Source: Cirrosporium novae-zelandiae
Taxonomy: Eukaryota
Direction of reading: 5' to 3'
DNA: 64,000 nucleotides
Assembly (NCBI GenBank): GCA_026023565.1
Contig: JAPETS010000006.1
Coordinates: 186,001-250,000 of the forward strand
Part shown: positions 26,479 through 39,679 of the stretch, one piece after another
Numbering within the stretch: the stretch's first letter is position 1
Layout of the letters: each line of letters begins with the position of its first letter
Translations under genes and position numbers: made by a program
The notes under the pieces: generated by a model
Seen by the model: the letters and a program-made list of their open reading frames with translations, nothing else
What the model was told of the DNA's origin: nothing
Database searches by the model: none

Positions 26479-27140
26479 TTAGATATTCATGAGCTGAACA
26501 GCTGCCGAGTGTGAACAGATTAATTTTTTTGCAACTGCTAGTACACAGTAATGAAGTACGAGATTTGGCACTCGAACCTCCCAAGGATGATAAGACTTGC
26601 TACAAGGTGGAGAGTACTATTTATCATGTGTGGCCGAAATGAGGGGAAGATCGACGCGCCTAAATTTGGCGCCGTCGAGAAATCAATAATTACAAGCTAA
26701 ATAATTGTGAAGTCTGAAGCTTCCTTTGATTAATCATCTATTATTTTGCGGTTTAATTCCCCTACCTCGTCATAATGAGTTCAAGGAATCTCCTGTCTTT
26801 GATACAGGATATTCCATGTAATTAGCTTCTCGCCATTCATGCTACAAAGAACATTGTTTGAGAATATTGGCTTTGTCAAACATCATCAACGCAGTTGCTG
26901 CTCTCCCAGGAAGAAAAGCAACGTTTAGAGAATAATCAATTTATTTCCCTTATCGACATTCTTTCTTGAGGCTACAGTACGATGAGTACATCAGAATCCG
27001 CCAACTAGGTATTTCCAAGCTCAGAAATAACACAATAAGACCATTCAAAGCAAGTACTACAATCGATTTCTAACCAAACCAAAACTCCAAAAGAAACTAC
27101 CACCCTAACAACAAAACCTCTTATGACACCTATCCATCAT

Positions 27141-28954
27141 CTATCTATTATTATGTTCTCCCATCCACTTTTCAAATTCTGAATCTTCAAGTGCGCTAAC
27201 CCCACTGTCTCGTCCCCAAACCTCATTTCCATCAGTCAATGTTTGCATGCCTGGATGAATCGATGCTGGATGCTGGTATTCTTCGATATGTGTACTATTT
27301 CCAAACAGTCCCTCGGGATCATATGAGCTAGGAAGACCGTCGTATTGAAATGAAGGCTGTTGACTGTTACCAAAAACGTCAAAGGAACCATCGCCGCTGG
27401 GAACTTGTCCACCATCTTGATGGAAATCCATATTTAAGAGAGCCGGATCAAGCTGCGGCTCTCCCAAAGGAGCAGGAGTGCTATGCTGGGAACGTTGCTG
27501 AAGCAATTCGTAGTGGTGACTTCCTGGGAGACCAATCAAGGGCGGCACGGACCTAAACTGAATATTCGGAGCTTCCGTCTTTCGCATCATGACATCCTCA
27601 ACATGCGGAACCGGGTAGTTTATATGTTGGACGGTTGTTTGATAGAACTCCCCAGCAAGTTCATCTTGATTTACGATTGGAGCAGGTGGTACTCTTCCCG
27701 GATTTGACGTCTGATAGGACGATCTATTCAGACCGTTATGCGTATCAAACATTGGACCCCCAAGGTAGTTTACAAGAGGCAGACCTTGACCTCTCTGCCT
27801 TTTGGGCTGGGTATAATTTGGTCTCGGCTTTCTGAAATCTGGTGGGGCCCAATTAGGGTCACCTTCATCTAAATCGCTTGGCTCATCATCTTCATCAGAA
27901 TAGCTCTTTCGTTTCTTGACAGTTGCCTGTGCTTTGCTTGGACAGAACTTATAACCCGGGTGTGCTTTCTGGTGGTTATCTCGCTCTAGCTTTGCAAGGT
28001 CGTTGTAATGCTCCCTTATTTCTTTGGGTTCTAGAGGCCAACTTTCCCCAGATACAGCCGAAACTACTTGGTGGTTATTCTGTAGGCACCATAACTTTGT
28101 TCGTTCTGCATACGCCGAACGATAAAGCATGAACGAGTTCATTGGCCTAGTTACATAACCGTTCCTTTTTTCTACCTCTTTGTGTCTTGTTTCGGCAGAT
28201 CTATTTACCCATTCCTCCATATTCTTGATTGGGATTTTATCATAGTCCTTCGTGAGTTGACTTAAGGGGGCTGTGATCTTTGGGACTTTGGGTTTATCTG
28301 CTTTGGTTTGCCTCATTTTTTTTGTTTTTGGTGACCCAGCTGACTTTCCCTTCTCACTTTTTGTACTCTGTGGGGATGCACTAATAGGAATCGATCTGCC
28401 ACTGCGTGTTCTCATCCCCAAATGGCCCGCTTCGGAGGTTGGGGTTGGGGGGGTATGGATATTCGAGAAATGATACATATGCTAATTGTGGATTAGCAGC
28501 CTCTTCCTCGTACCTTATTCTACACGGAAATTCTTACGGCATGTTGATCCGGCAGTAATTCAGGATAATTACTACTGTGATTATGGTGCCATAGAGGGTT
28601 TCCCTGGTTATCCTGATAAAGATGCTGGTTAGTATTCGCAGCATTTCAACGTTGCCGCCCACTCACAATATGGAAACCTAAACCGCCTAGGTAATGCTGG
28701 CCCTGATGGCCATTTGGATATAGATTGCTTCCATATGGTTCACCTGGCATGGCGTAATGGCTCGGAACCGGAGACCCGTATCTTGATTGTGGACTCGACT
28801 GAGTGTACCCTACATCACTTGTGTTGTTTGGACTAGGTCGATAGGAGTAGCCTGCGTTATGTTGAGCTAGAAGGTTTATGTTATGCAGAAGATCTCCACC
28901 ATTTGATGATGCTGGAGAAGGGGGTCGTTGCTTTGCAACCGTGGCCATAGACAT
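27141..28954 (-). CDS. Sequence-specific (MATA/Ste11-type) HMG-box transcription factor, 3 exons
   Basis: Exons 28954-28667, 28612-28538 and 28481-27141 join in frame. HMG box VTRPMNSFMLYRSAY...NNHQVVSAVSGESW...ERDNHQKAHPGYKFCP. Confidence 0.88.
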
Positions 28955-31900
28955 CGCCTTTTCTTCGAACCTTTCCAAAACGTGATATTTGAATTTCCGT
29001 GGAAGTTATCTTTACTTCACTGAAAGGCTACTAATAAGGAGCCTTGTTATATGAACTAAACACCTCTCAACTAACACTTTGGCGAAGGAGCTTTTTGCGG
29101 TAACTGACAAGCACTAATTCAACTTGAATTTCTAGTGCTGCTCTCAGGAATAGGGAGATTTGCTTCTCCTCTACTCTGTTTGAATTGTCGCCTCTAAAAA
29201 GAACAAGTCAGACAATCGCGAATACAGCCCCAACTTTCAACAATTACCTTCTGCTCCAAGAGCATCAAATGCTGTCCACAAATGTATTCAAGAGCCCGGT
29301 TGAATTAGATGTGCCCCGCTTCAGCCCGGTGTTGATCAGAAGAACCCTTTGGTGGAAGTATTCTAGAAGACCTTTGTTAGGTGAAGAGTGAATCGTCCTC
29401 TGGTTCCCTTGATTCATCCGAAATCGTGTGTTAGACTTTGATGCCTAGGAATTGAATTGAGTAAGAGATGGTTTTGCTCAGGGAAGATGGAGAGGACTAT
29501 GTGGAAAATCTCTGGAACGAACCTCATGCGGATACCTGCGCTCTTGACCGCTTTTGGCCCAATAACATCGACAGCTGGGACTCAGGCTAAGAAGCAAGCA
29601 GCAACCCACCAGCTAAGCCACGCCTATAGGATCAGGTTTCTATCTTAATGCGGGCTCTGTAGGTGGCAGGTGTCTTCTAATGTTCTTTGTCTTGGAATGT
29701 CTAGGGCCTTTGGGGAGCAAATAGAATATAGGGCTAAGTTGGGAGGCTAATGGTTCTTTGTCTCAGCTACCAGAATTTTCAGGCGAGGCCCTGATATTTC
29801 AATATTCATATATGAGAAGAAGGCCAATAATGCAATTGGTTGATCCCAGCTGAACTAGATATCAAAAAAACGATGCATGATACGAACCCAGAGCAATTGC
29901 CGACAAGCCCCGTCGGGTCGAGGCTGGATGCGGGTTGAGTGGAAATACCAAACTGCAGAAACGGGACGTGAAATCTTTATCTAGTTGTTGTCATTGAATG
30001 CGGTAGTGAAGTTCATCCGGGAAAAAACTCATGTTATGGTTTCAGCTTAGAATCTCCACCAACGTATTCTCAACTCAATCTACGGATCTGTACATGGGCA
30101 ATGTCGCGCTAATTACAAACGAAAGAGATGGTAGGCTACCTGTCTTAAGCTCATTCCACCTGTTCGCAGATATCTCACGCATAGTGAGTAGTGCGGCTAT
30201 TCGAGAAGTAGAGATCAATCTGGGTTATTTTTAGGAGATGTGAGGAATCCTAATGAGAAATCGTGTGGTTAGGGGCATTCCATAATCTCAATCTCTCTAA
30301 CTTCTATTTCAAAAACCACAATTTTATACTCTTCAACTTTACACATCCGCCGCCAAATTTAACATCAGAGGAAAACTCGACAAGGAACTGGGCGTCTAGA
30401 CTTCTGATGGACGAATTTGCACGCATGCAGTAAGGATGATTTGACGTGCAGCGGAAAGGCACATACATCCGACAGTCCCAGTAAGATGGGAAATGGGACC
30501 ATTTCAACGTCTGGTCACACCAACAGAAACAGGAGCCTTCTCTAACGCTATGAAATTTGCAATATTCTACCATTGGTCCATCCATATTGCTTAAGAACCA
30601 CCATGGTTTTATTGCCATAGCGACCAACTCCCGCGAATATTGAACGATGCATGACCAATTCTCGCATCCATTTTAGCCACAATTACCATGGAAAGCAGAT
30701 CTCTCTATGCGAGTCAACGTCTTGGTAATCTGCATCGCGAAACTCATCTTCCTCCATCGGAGTAGGTCATGAATCTCAATCAGTAGACTAATCTCATCAA
30801 AAATTCCACTCTGACAGATCCGGAAAATAAAAATAGCCAGCGCGAACAGACGATCAGAGGACCGCAATTTTCACGCTTTACCGAATCCGGCGTTTCTACT
30901 CCTCTGGAATCTAACAATCCGATACGCAGTGGCGGTGGCTACACTAATCCGCCACACGAGACACGATGAGTGCGGGTTAACACTAGGAACTTGGAATGCT
31001 GGATTTGAGATGGAGAGCGAATCGGTAGCCGCAAACGAAATGCGAAAATGAAATGATTGAGATTGATCGATGGATGGACTAATGGGTGATGATTCTTGGC
31101 AACGCTCGTGCGAGATTGCGGTGTATGTTTTGTGTAACCAACGAACTAGGGGGCAAGGATGAGAAATCGTGAGTGATGACTACTCATTTTTTCCCATTTT
31201 TCCCCTTCTTTTTTTTCCTGCGGGGAATATATATTTATTCATATAAAGGGCTGGCTTTCCAGCTCTCGAGAACCCAGGACGCGGCTCCATAAAGTACTTT
31301 TCATCTGGATATAATATGACGATATCATGCAAGCGTTGGATATCGATTTACGAGATGCTTGTGAGAGGGGGCGAGCTGTGATGAAGGAGCAGGTAAGTAA
31401 TTGTCGAGGACCGTAAGCACGCTTGCCTTCTTATTTTTATAATTGAAGACGCGAACATTATTTTCTCCCGTACCTTCTTATCCATATATACATATATCTC
31501 TTTATACGAACGAACTACAAAATACAAAAAGGCGAACCAACTAACAAATCGATAATTAAATATCAATCTCAATGGTGATGGTAGTGGAGGGGATGATGAT
31601 ATATCATCAAACCCATTTTCCCTCACTAAAGGTTTATAAGTTATAACACATACTATACCTATCCGAATGCAAATTATAACTACCCCCAGATAATGCCCTA
31701 ACTCCTGTTATATTTTCCCGTCCTTATGTCTCTCCACTCTTCTACTTAAAAAAAGGAAGGAGCAAAAATGAAATAGTAATTTCAATTTTTGCTTTTCAAT
31801 TCTGTTTTCCGTTTTTATATTTTCTATTTCTAAATCCCATCGTCCTCCCGAAAAGACCTCATGGTTATTATTCATCCTCATCCTTGACCACCCATACCAA

Positions 31901-32572
31901 ACCAATACACCACGCCCATACAGATGTAACGAAACAAAAAAAGAAAAGAAAAAGGATACTATCCTGCCTATTTATCGCTGATTCCCCTCCCCCTCCCTCC
32001 AAAACAAGTAAAGTAAATTCACTTCGCCCTGAACGGGAAAGGAATAGATGTTTATGTCTGTCTATTGAAAGAACCAAGGATCTCGATCTCGATCTTCAAA
32101 TCGATAACATTGATTTTAAAAAAAAGTTAACGTTAATAACGTACGTACGTACGGTATGTATCCAACGCTAAGTCGCTAGATAATGCAATGTATGTAGTCG
32201 CTAGTCTAATAATTTCCAACCTGCATAAAAAATGAATGATGATGATGGTGATGCACGGCAACAATAATGAATAACAATATGGATAGGGTATATAGTATAT
32301 AATAGGGTATCCTCGCGCCTTGCCTTTCCCGAAAACTTCCCATGGTGGAGGGGAAGAGGTTTAGGGATAGTTTTTTTTTAGAAAAAAACTCCATCGGACT
32401 CCGGTGGTCACCCCCCCTCAAAAAACAAAAACAAAAAAAGTATCGTAAAACTACGCAAGACGCACATGAGATTTCAAAATGGAGGAAAAGAAAGAAGGAA
32501 AAAAAATTTGCTAAGGAATGGAGAGGGAAGTAAAGGAGGTGACCGAGTTGGAGCTGATACTACACTCTCCAG

Positions 32573-35396
32573 TTACTTGTCCTCTGTGCTTTTGGGAGGA
32601 TCTACCTCCGCTCTGGCTTCCTTTTTCTCTAAGATGCCGTTTGTTGGCTGTGAGGGCGATTTTGGCTGCAGGTCTACTTGAAATGGAGGTTGCATTTGGT
32701 TATGCATACGAGCTGCGGCTTCCATCTTCGCTCGGCCACCCTTTTCTGGTATCAACCATGACATCTGCGCTCTAGGGCTTGGGCTCAGATTCGTTGCAGG
32801 TGGGAGTACGGGTGTGGATGAAATAGAATGGGTTTCGCGCTCTGATGTCCTGGGAGGGCTGTGCTTGGTGGGAGAAATACCAGAGGATGGGTGGGAAGGC
32901 GTGGCGTGTGGGCCCGCGCTAGAGGGACTTGAGTGGATGTATGCAGTTGAATGTGGCTGCATTGGGGAGGCTTTCGGTGGAGATGCCGGGGGGAGAGAGT
33001 ATGGGGAATCATGATGATTAGTACCTGGTGTTTGAGCATCTGAAGGGACGAAGCCGCCCATGCTATGCCGAGAGAAGGTAGGTTGGTTTGTAGGCGGGAA
33101 GAGAATAGGGCCAACTTCTTTATTTCCTTGCGTTGGAGACATGGATGGACGGTTCACAACCGGGGATGGGAAAGAACGGACTGATGCCATTGATTGTGAT
33201 GACATTGGGCGCTGACGGTCGAAGGTATTCAAGAATGGATTATCCCCTTGTGGGGCGGTCGAAGGTCGGGGTGTCTGGAAAGGGGGAAAGAGCGTTTTGG
33301 TAGGAGATATAGGCGACGAGAGTTGAGAGGGTCTGGAGAGTCCATTAGGCCCTAAAGAGGAGTGTGGTGAAATGGGTTGAGATGGACGGCCAGGTCTATT
33401 AGTTTTGGATGGAGGAGCCCTTTGAGGTGAAGATACGCTATCTGCATTACCATAGGGGAAGGAAAACTGTCTTTGGGCAGATGGATTGAGTGTAGGGGCA
33501 TTCATAACATTCTGGGTGAAGTTATGCTGACCTGGCACTCTAGCCGTAGTCTTTATAATAGGCTTGAACTTCTTCATCGGTGGAAGTTTAGCCCCCTCTC
33601 CTAATTCATGTAATCCATGCCTTTTGCCCTGGGAAGCATCGCCATTGGTAGCGAGTTTCTGGTCTGGGGGAGATGAACCAGGTCCGATACGTAATTTGAT
33701 CTTAGGTTTTTTTGCATCCTCCATCTTGTGTTTACAATCATCGCAGATGAAATGGAAATCATCCTTTTCAGCTTGATCTTTGGAGATGCCATGACAGGCG
33801 CTATGCTGCCAAACGTTGCATTTCTCGCAAGCGATACTAAGGGACCCATCATCCAAGTTTTCTCCATAGACACCGCAGACCGAGCAGTCGAAGGTCCACT
33901 CATCATCATCCTTAAGCTCTTCGAGTTCCTTTTTGCGCTTGTCGATTTCGGATTGGATACGACGTTCAGATTTTCTTGACTCGCCGTTTTCGATCTTCTT
34001 GCTGTCTTCAGATAATTCGGCCAACTCTTGCTCACGTTGGATACGCTTTAGCTCCCTTTCTTTCATTCGCTGCTCTCGGCCCACTAGGCGAGCCTCTCTA
34101 GCCGCCTCCTGCTTCGTATGCTTCTGTTCTTCCTTCTTGACAGCTATAGATTCAGCCTGGCGCTTCCGCTCTTCCTCCTCATGTTGGTGCTCTTCACGTT
34201 CCTTCTCTGCTCGCTGGGCAATTCTGCTCGACCTTTTTGCATGAGCTAACTTCTCTAGAACGACTAATTCTTTCTCATGTTTGGCAAGTTTCTTTTTTCT
34301 AGCTTCTTCAATTTTCTCAATTGTAGGTAGTACTTCCTCGGTGAGTCGCTGATACAAGAACTTCTCGTCTGGATCTCTGCTTTTCCGGATAGACTCCAAA
34401 AAATCTTTATATTCGTCAAGAGTTACTGCCAAGCACTCCCACTTGCGCCCGCCAAACATGTCATCATCCTTCCCTTCCTCTTCTAGCTTTTCCAGGGTCT
34501 CCTCATCTTCATCTTCCCCTTTGATAGGATCATCCTTTGTAGATGCTCTTTTTCGTTTGCTCGATCGCGTTCCACCTCTAGATCTCCTAGACTTGGTTTT
34601 GGCCTTCGGCTTGGGAGGAGGGGGAGGTAAAGCAGGGTCGGTTCGGCGGTATAGACGATTATCATCGAGAACGAAGTAAAGCCTTTCCTGGCGATCATAG
34701 CCAACTTCTTCAATACGCTAAAATAGCAAATTAGTCTTATGGGAACCAGGACCTGATCATGGGGCCATACCCATGAAGTCTGATCAATATCTTTAACTTC
34801 AGGCATTCTCTCCCTTACTCGATCAGGATTCGTAAACGTCCATTGCGTAAGTTGAAATAATACGCGTATCTTCATGAATATATCAAATTCGTCAAATTTC
34901 TTAGGAGTCTCAGCGGTACCGAAAGGATTTCGCTTAGGTGCCTTCGCCACATACTGCCGGCGGGTATATTCATCGAATATCTCATGCCTGCAGACCATTA
35001 AACACAATCTATAAGAAGAATGGACATATGAACATACGTCAATCCACGATGCGACGAGACAACCTTGAGCAAGGCAAGGCCTATGTCTGAAAGCATCTGA
35101 GAGGCACCCGGCTTCAAGCATTCGTTTTCAAGATCCTAGGGCAGCGGTAATCAGTAACTATACAACAGATAGTAAGATGCGCGTTGCAAAGGTGTTATAA
35201 AGCTCCGCAGACAAATCCGGGGGGGAAATACCTCTATGTCGAAATTGTCGTCGATTTTCACCGCCTTCCCAAAGATGAAGATGTATTGCATAAGGTTAGC
35301 AAATTCCCACATATTTCGAAGCTGCCTGATCGTCCCCGGAACTTCTGGGGTTGCAGAGGCCTCCATCTCTGCCCGGTTGCGTTTGCGGCCAGGCAT
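32573..35396 (-). CDS. PHD-finger chromatin protein (N-terminal WHIM/DDT-like region, coiled coil, PHD; resembles ISWI accessory subunits), 4 exons
   Basis: LRNMWEFANLMQYIFIFG and YFVLDDNRLYRRT. PHD FDCSVCGVYGENLDDG...IACEKCNVWQHSACHG...FHFICDDC; Pro/Ser-rich tail. Confidence 0.85.
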
Positions 35397-36411
35397 GATA
35401 GCGAGGCTTCGGCGGTATGATGAAAGGGTGATGTAGTTATTAGTGAGGGGTATATTCAGGAATTTAAGGTAAGGAGCGAAGTGATAGAAAAGGAAAATAT
35501 TCGAAGTTTCGAAGTGTTAGGTAGGGAGTGTTGTGGTCTGGAAATAGTTGTGTTGGGAAAGGGAAGTGAATTTCAATCTTGAAAGATGTTAGAACATCTC
35601 AAAGTCGCGTTTCCCGCAATTTGGCGACGGGTTTTTCTGGTTCGAAGCGAAACCCTGCCCAATCACGTGCTGTAATCAGTTACACTTTATTTGTTCCCTG
35701 TCACGCCTGTAGTACCTGTATTAGTGATAATATTCAATACCAAAAGCAATTTAGATCCTTACTGGCTACAAGTCTACTTTAGTATCCTACACCATCGCTA
35801 TAAATAAATATCAACTGCTTTCTAGAAGTCCAACCCCCCCTTCTTTCTCCTAAAAGAGAATATATGCTTTTATTTCAATACAAGTAACAAGTAGTAAAGA
35901 ATATGCGAACCACTTGCTGAACTCTTCTGGTCTTTTCGCGCTTATTCCATATTGTATACAAGTTAACTCTAGTCATCGCTAACCATGTGCCAAATAAGTC
36001 CCCCGGGCGTATCATTGTCAACCTCGACGAAATAATCCGTAGCTGTCAAGCTGAAAGAAATAATTGCATCAATCAGTATCCATCGAATCCAAAGACCAAA
36101 GACTCCCAATCCATGCAAACCCATCTCATGAGAACAAGTAAGAAGTAAAAATTTGCGGGTATCAAAAACCATGGCATATAGCATCCATCACTTTTAGTAA
36201 CCTCATCGAAAAGGAACCGAAGCCCGGAAGAACACCTCAAGTAAACCATCAAGATGAAGAGCCTTTGACCAAGCATACCAGCCCGAAGCTCCACACCCAG
36301 AACCGCTGCGAAAACCTGACCACGAGGACGTTCTCTATTGAACGGAAATTCGTCACCCATATCATGCGTAAAATACATCTAAATTTTGGTTTTGAGGTTT
36401 GAGCTGCGCCG

Positions 36412-37659
36412 TCAGATGCCTGGGTTATTGCCGGAATCGACAACATTATCTGACAAGTTGATTAGTAATTGAGCCAAGCATCGTTTTGTTGCAGCATCGT
36501 CTCTAAGAACTGAAGAAAATGTAGCATCACGGAGGGGCTCAGGAAGGCACTGGCGAAGGGCTTCACGAGCACGTTGATTGTCACTTAATCTAGCGAGGAT
36601 ATGTAAGCTTTTGACGCTGAAAACAATAGGATCAGGGACTTACCGGAGGAAGCACCGGACGACGTGTTTTAAAAGTCTGACCGTCTGTTGTTCCACCAAC
36701 TGTGTAACCATGTTGCTTAAAACAGTGCCTACAGCATAGAATCGTTCATATGTATGGCAAATATAAGCCAAGCCCGTATCGTCAAGGAGAATCTTCTGTA
36801 CAATGAATATTGCCACCGTCTTACTAAGCTCCGACCCTGTCTCCATGATACGAAGACAGAGAGGAATAATTTCAGTGCTAAGAAGAAAGTTGATGACATC
36901 CGAGGAATCGTTCTTAACGAGCGCTCCGATAACTCCTAGGGAAGTAAGTCTGAGATACTCGAATGGTCGAGATTTCGAAGTTGTATTAAGAAAAGGGTAG
37001 AGGAATAGCGGGATATGAGCTGTTATTGAAATTAGTAAGAAGCCCGACATCGAAGGGAGGCTTTTGAACCATTCAGAAACAGAGATCTTGTCTCATGATG
37101 CGAAGCAATGCACTGTAGAAGAGCCAATGCATTACATACTCTGTTAGACGCTGCCGCCGTGAGTTGAGAGGGGTTAAGAAGCGGATATACGGAGATTATT
37201 TCTTGAAGTAGCGAAGTCATGACACCTAGATAGCGTGCATCAGCAAAGTCCATCGTATAATCAAATGACAACCTGCATACCAAAAGAGTGCCATAGGATC
37301 ATAGCAAGTTCAGGGACCTGTTCACGCTTCTTGCTTAATTCCATAAGCGCAGTCTCTCGTGTATTCGCATTCATAAGATCCGCAACCCATCCGAGCACTT
37401 TCCGATTTTCTTCACTGATTTGTCCTTCCATAGGAATTCCTTGTCCATGATCCATTCCTACGCCTGGCCCGTTGTTGTTATTGGCTGCTGCGATTCGGTT
37501 GTAATGCTGCTGCTGGGCGGCGGCGGCAGCGGCAGCAGCAGCCTGGGCTTGAGCATGCTGTTGAGCAGCGTGATGAGCACTCTGCTGTTGCTGGAGCCAG
37601 GAAGTTTCCTGTGGGTATTGATGTTGGTGGGAGAATATGTGCTGGGGTGTCGCAAGCAT
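36412..37659 (-). CDS. RCD1: CCR4-NOT subunit Rcd1/Caf40/CNOT9, 4 exons
   Basis: [80 protein letters not shown]-rich N-terminus. Confidence 0.95.
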
Positions 37660-38557
37660 TCCGTCTGATCGTTAAACTAAGTGTCAAGGCCTAGGTTTCT
37701 GTGTGAGAGAAAATTGCATCAATATCCAGATAGCGATGGGGATGTTTGCTGTAGCAGTAGGATGAGGTAGTGAAACCTCTTGTGAAAGAAGAACAATTAG
37801 AAGAGATGAAGTAAGAGTGTGGCAGAGACCGTGTTTCTGCTGGAGAGAGTGAAGTGAAGTGGGGAGCACGCCTTCGATTAACCCTGCAGGTTCCGGTCAC
37901 GAGCTCTCGCTTACGGGTTTGACTATTAGACTTTAATTATTAGGAGGTACTGTGTTGGCTGTTGTAAAAATTATTACGCAGTCATGTCTGATGCGAAATG
38001 ATTGATAAAGAAATTTACCACAAATGTCCAGTTGGCCTGTGCCTTTTCGTACTCTATTTCGTATGTATAGAATTAGTTCTGAGGAATGTCTCCGAGTGCC
38101 TGAGGCAGTGGCACCTATGAAGAGAGATAGTCATGAAAAGAGATATAATTACGAGGCACACATTTATGTGGGCTTTCAACTCTGAAATAGTTAGTAGGTA
38201 TTGATGCATGGATTCGACTACAGTGGCAATTAGGAACAAAAATATGTCATTGCAAATTCCTATCGTACAAAATTTCATTGCTCCCTAATACTTGATTAGG
38301 ACCCATTAAGTCCATCGTTCCTCATCAATCATTCCTCCTTCGACGTATGCTTATTGACATGACTTAGCAGCGAAGCATTTCGAATATACAATAACCCATG
38401 AAGCCCATATTCCATTTTATGTACCATCTGAATTGTTCCGTAAAACTCATAACTCCGTACGATCCTATCATGGATCGTTGATGCAATCGCTGAAAAACTA
38501 CCAGTATCGTTCTATCAACCTCAAAACAATGAGATTAGACATGCCCAGAATTCAAAT

Positions 38558-39679
38558 TTATCTTCGTGTACCTCGTGAATGTCTCGTTCGTCTATCATCC
38601 GAGCTTGCACTACCTGAGGATAGAATTAGTCTGACATCATAAACTGAAACCATTGATCAATGCTTACTAGAAGTAGTGTAGTCGGATGAATAGTATGTAC
38701 TCCCGTATCCATAATAAGAACTTTTCTCCTCCTCTTGATCTTTCTTTCGTTTTAAGCCAAGGAGTGCTGCAAGTCCACCAAAGGCACCTGCCATGCCGGC
38801 GCCAGTCTTCTTCTTTGGCCTATCAACTCTCGAAGGCGAAGAACCATACCAAGATCCACTATGATGAGACGAATATCGTGACTCGACAATAGTTTCTGTT
38901 GTTGTACGCTTCTTCTTGCCCCCGCCGAACAGCCCAACAAGCAGTTCTCGGAAGCAGAGACAAGCGCATAGTAGGAGAAGTAGGATAATTCCTACAATAA
39001 CACCGATAACAATCCCAGCAATTGCACCTCCACTAAGTCCACTACTTGTAGTCTGTTCACCGGTAATCAAACTGCCGTTGGTGCTAACTGGGGTAATAAA
39101 AGCTTCTGTAGTTGTAGCAGAGCCAGTCGAAGTCACGGTAACAATGACCCCAGTAGTAGGCCTAAGAGGGGCCGAGTAAGTTCCAGTAGTAGGAGCAGTA
39201 TAGCTACTCTCGGTGCTTGCTTCTCCCTCTTTGCATTGCCCGGCAGTTTCACAGTATTGGTTACCTGCACAGCAGATAGACCCACAGGGAGTTTGATTGA
39301 GTGAATAATCGCAAGATGGTGTGGCTGAACTTGTTGCCCAGTACGTTGCTGTTGCAACGTAGGAACTATAGGTAGAAGTTATAGTGACAAGATCGGTTTC
39401 AACGTAAGTTGTAGTGTAGTACGTCCATGCTCCATTTCCACTATAGCTTGTTGCTGCCGCGCTGCATGCTGCTTCACCTGCGGTATTGGTATAGCAAGCT
39501 GAACTTGAACCACAGCACACTTGACTATACCAGCCACATGGGTTGACGCAGCCTCTTTCTACGAGGACAGCATCCTCAATAAGTTGCTTAGGAAATGGTG
39601 TCGATTCTCCGCAAGGCGCGAGAGTGAGAAAGGCATACAAGGCGGTGATGAGGGTGGGGGGAATTCTGAGAAGCCCCAT
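38558..39679 (-). CDS. Single-pass cell-surface protein (signal peptide, Cys-rich repeats, Ser/Thr stalk, Mid2-like TM), 2 exons
   Basis: MGLLRIPPTLITALYAFLTLAPCGES; CVNPCGWYSQVCC and PCGSICCAGNQYC; GLSGGAIAGIVIGVIVGIILLLLLCACLC. A short second exon ends RGTRR*. Confidence 0.85.

Noticed and set aside
27141..28954. HMG gene as a mating-type (MAT1-2-1) locus
   Set aside because: No APN2/SLA2 flanks, no intron within the HMG box, and the protein is longer than typical MAT1-2-1.
36379..36414. RCD1 stop in TGA-CGG context with extension RRSSNLKTKI*
   Set aside because: It is not the TGA-CTA fungal readthrough motif, TKI is not a convincing PTS1, and peroxisomal targeting is implausible for a CCR4-NOT subunit.
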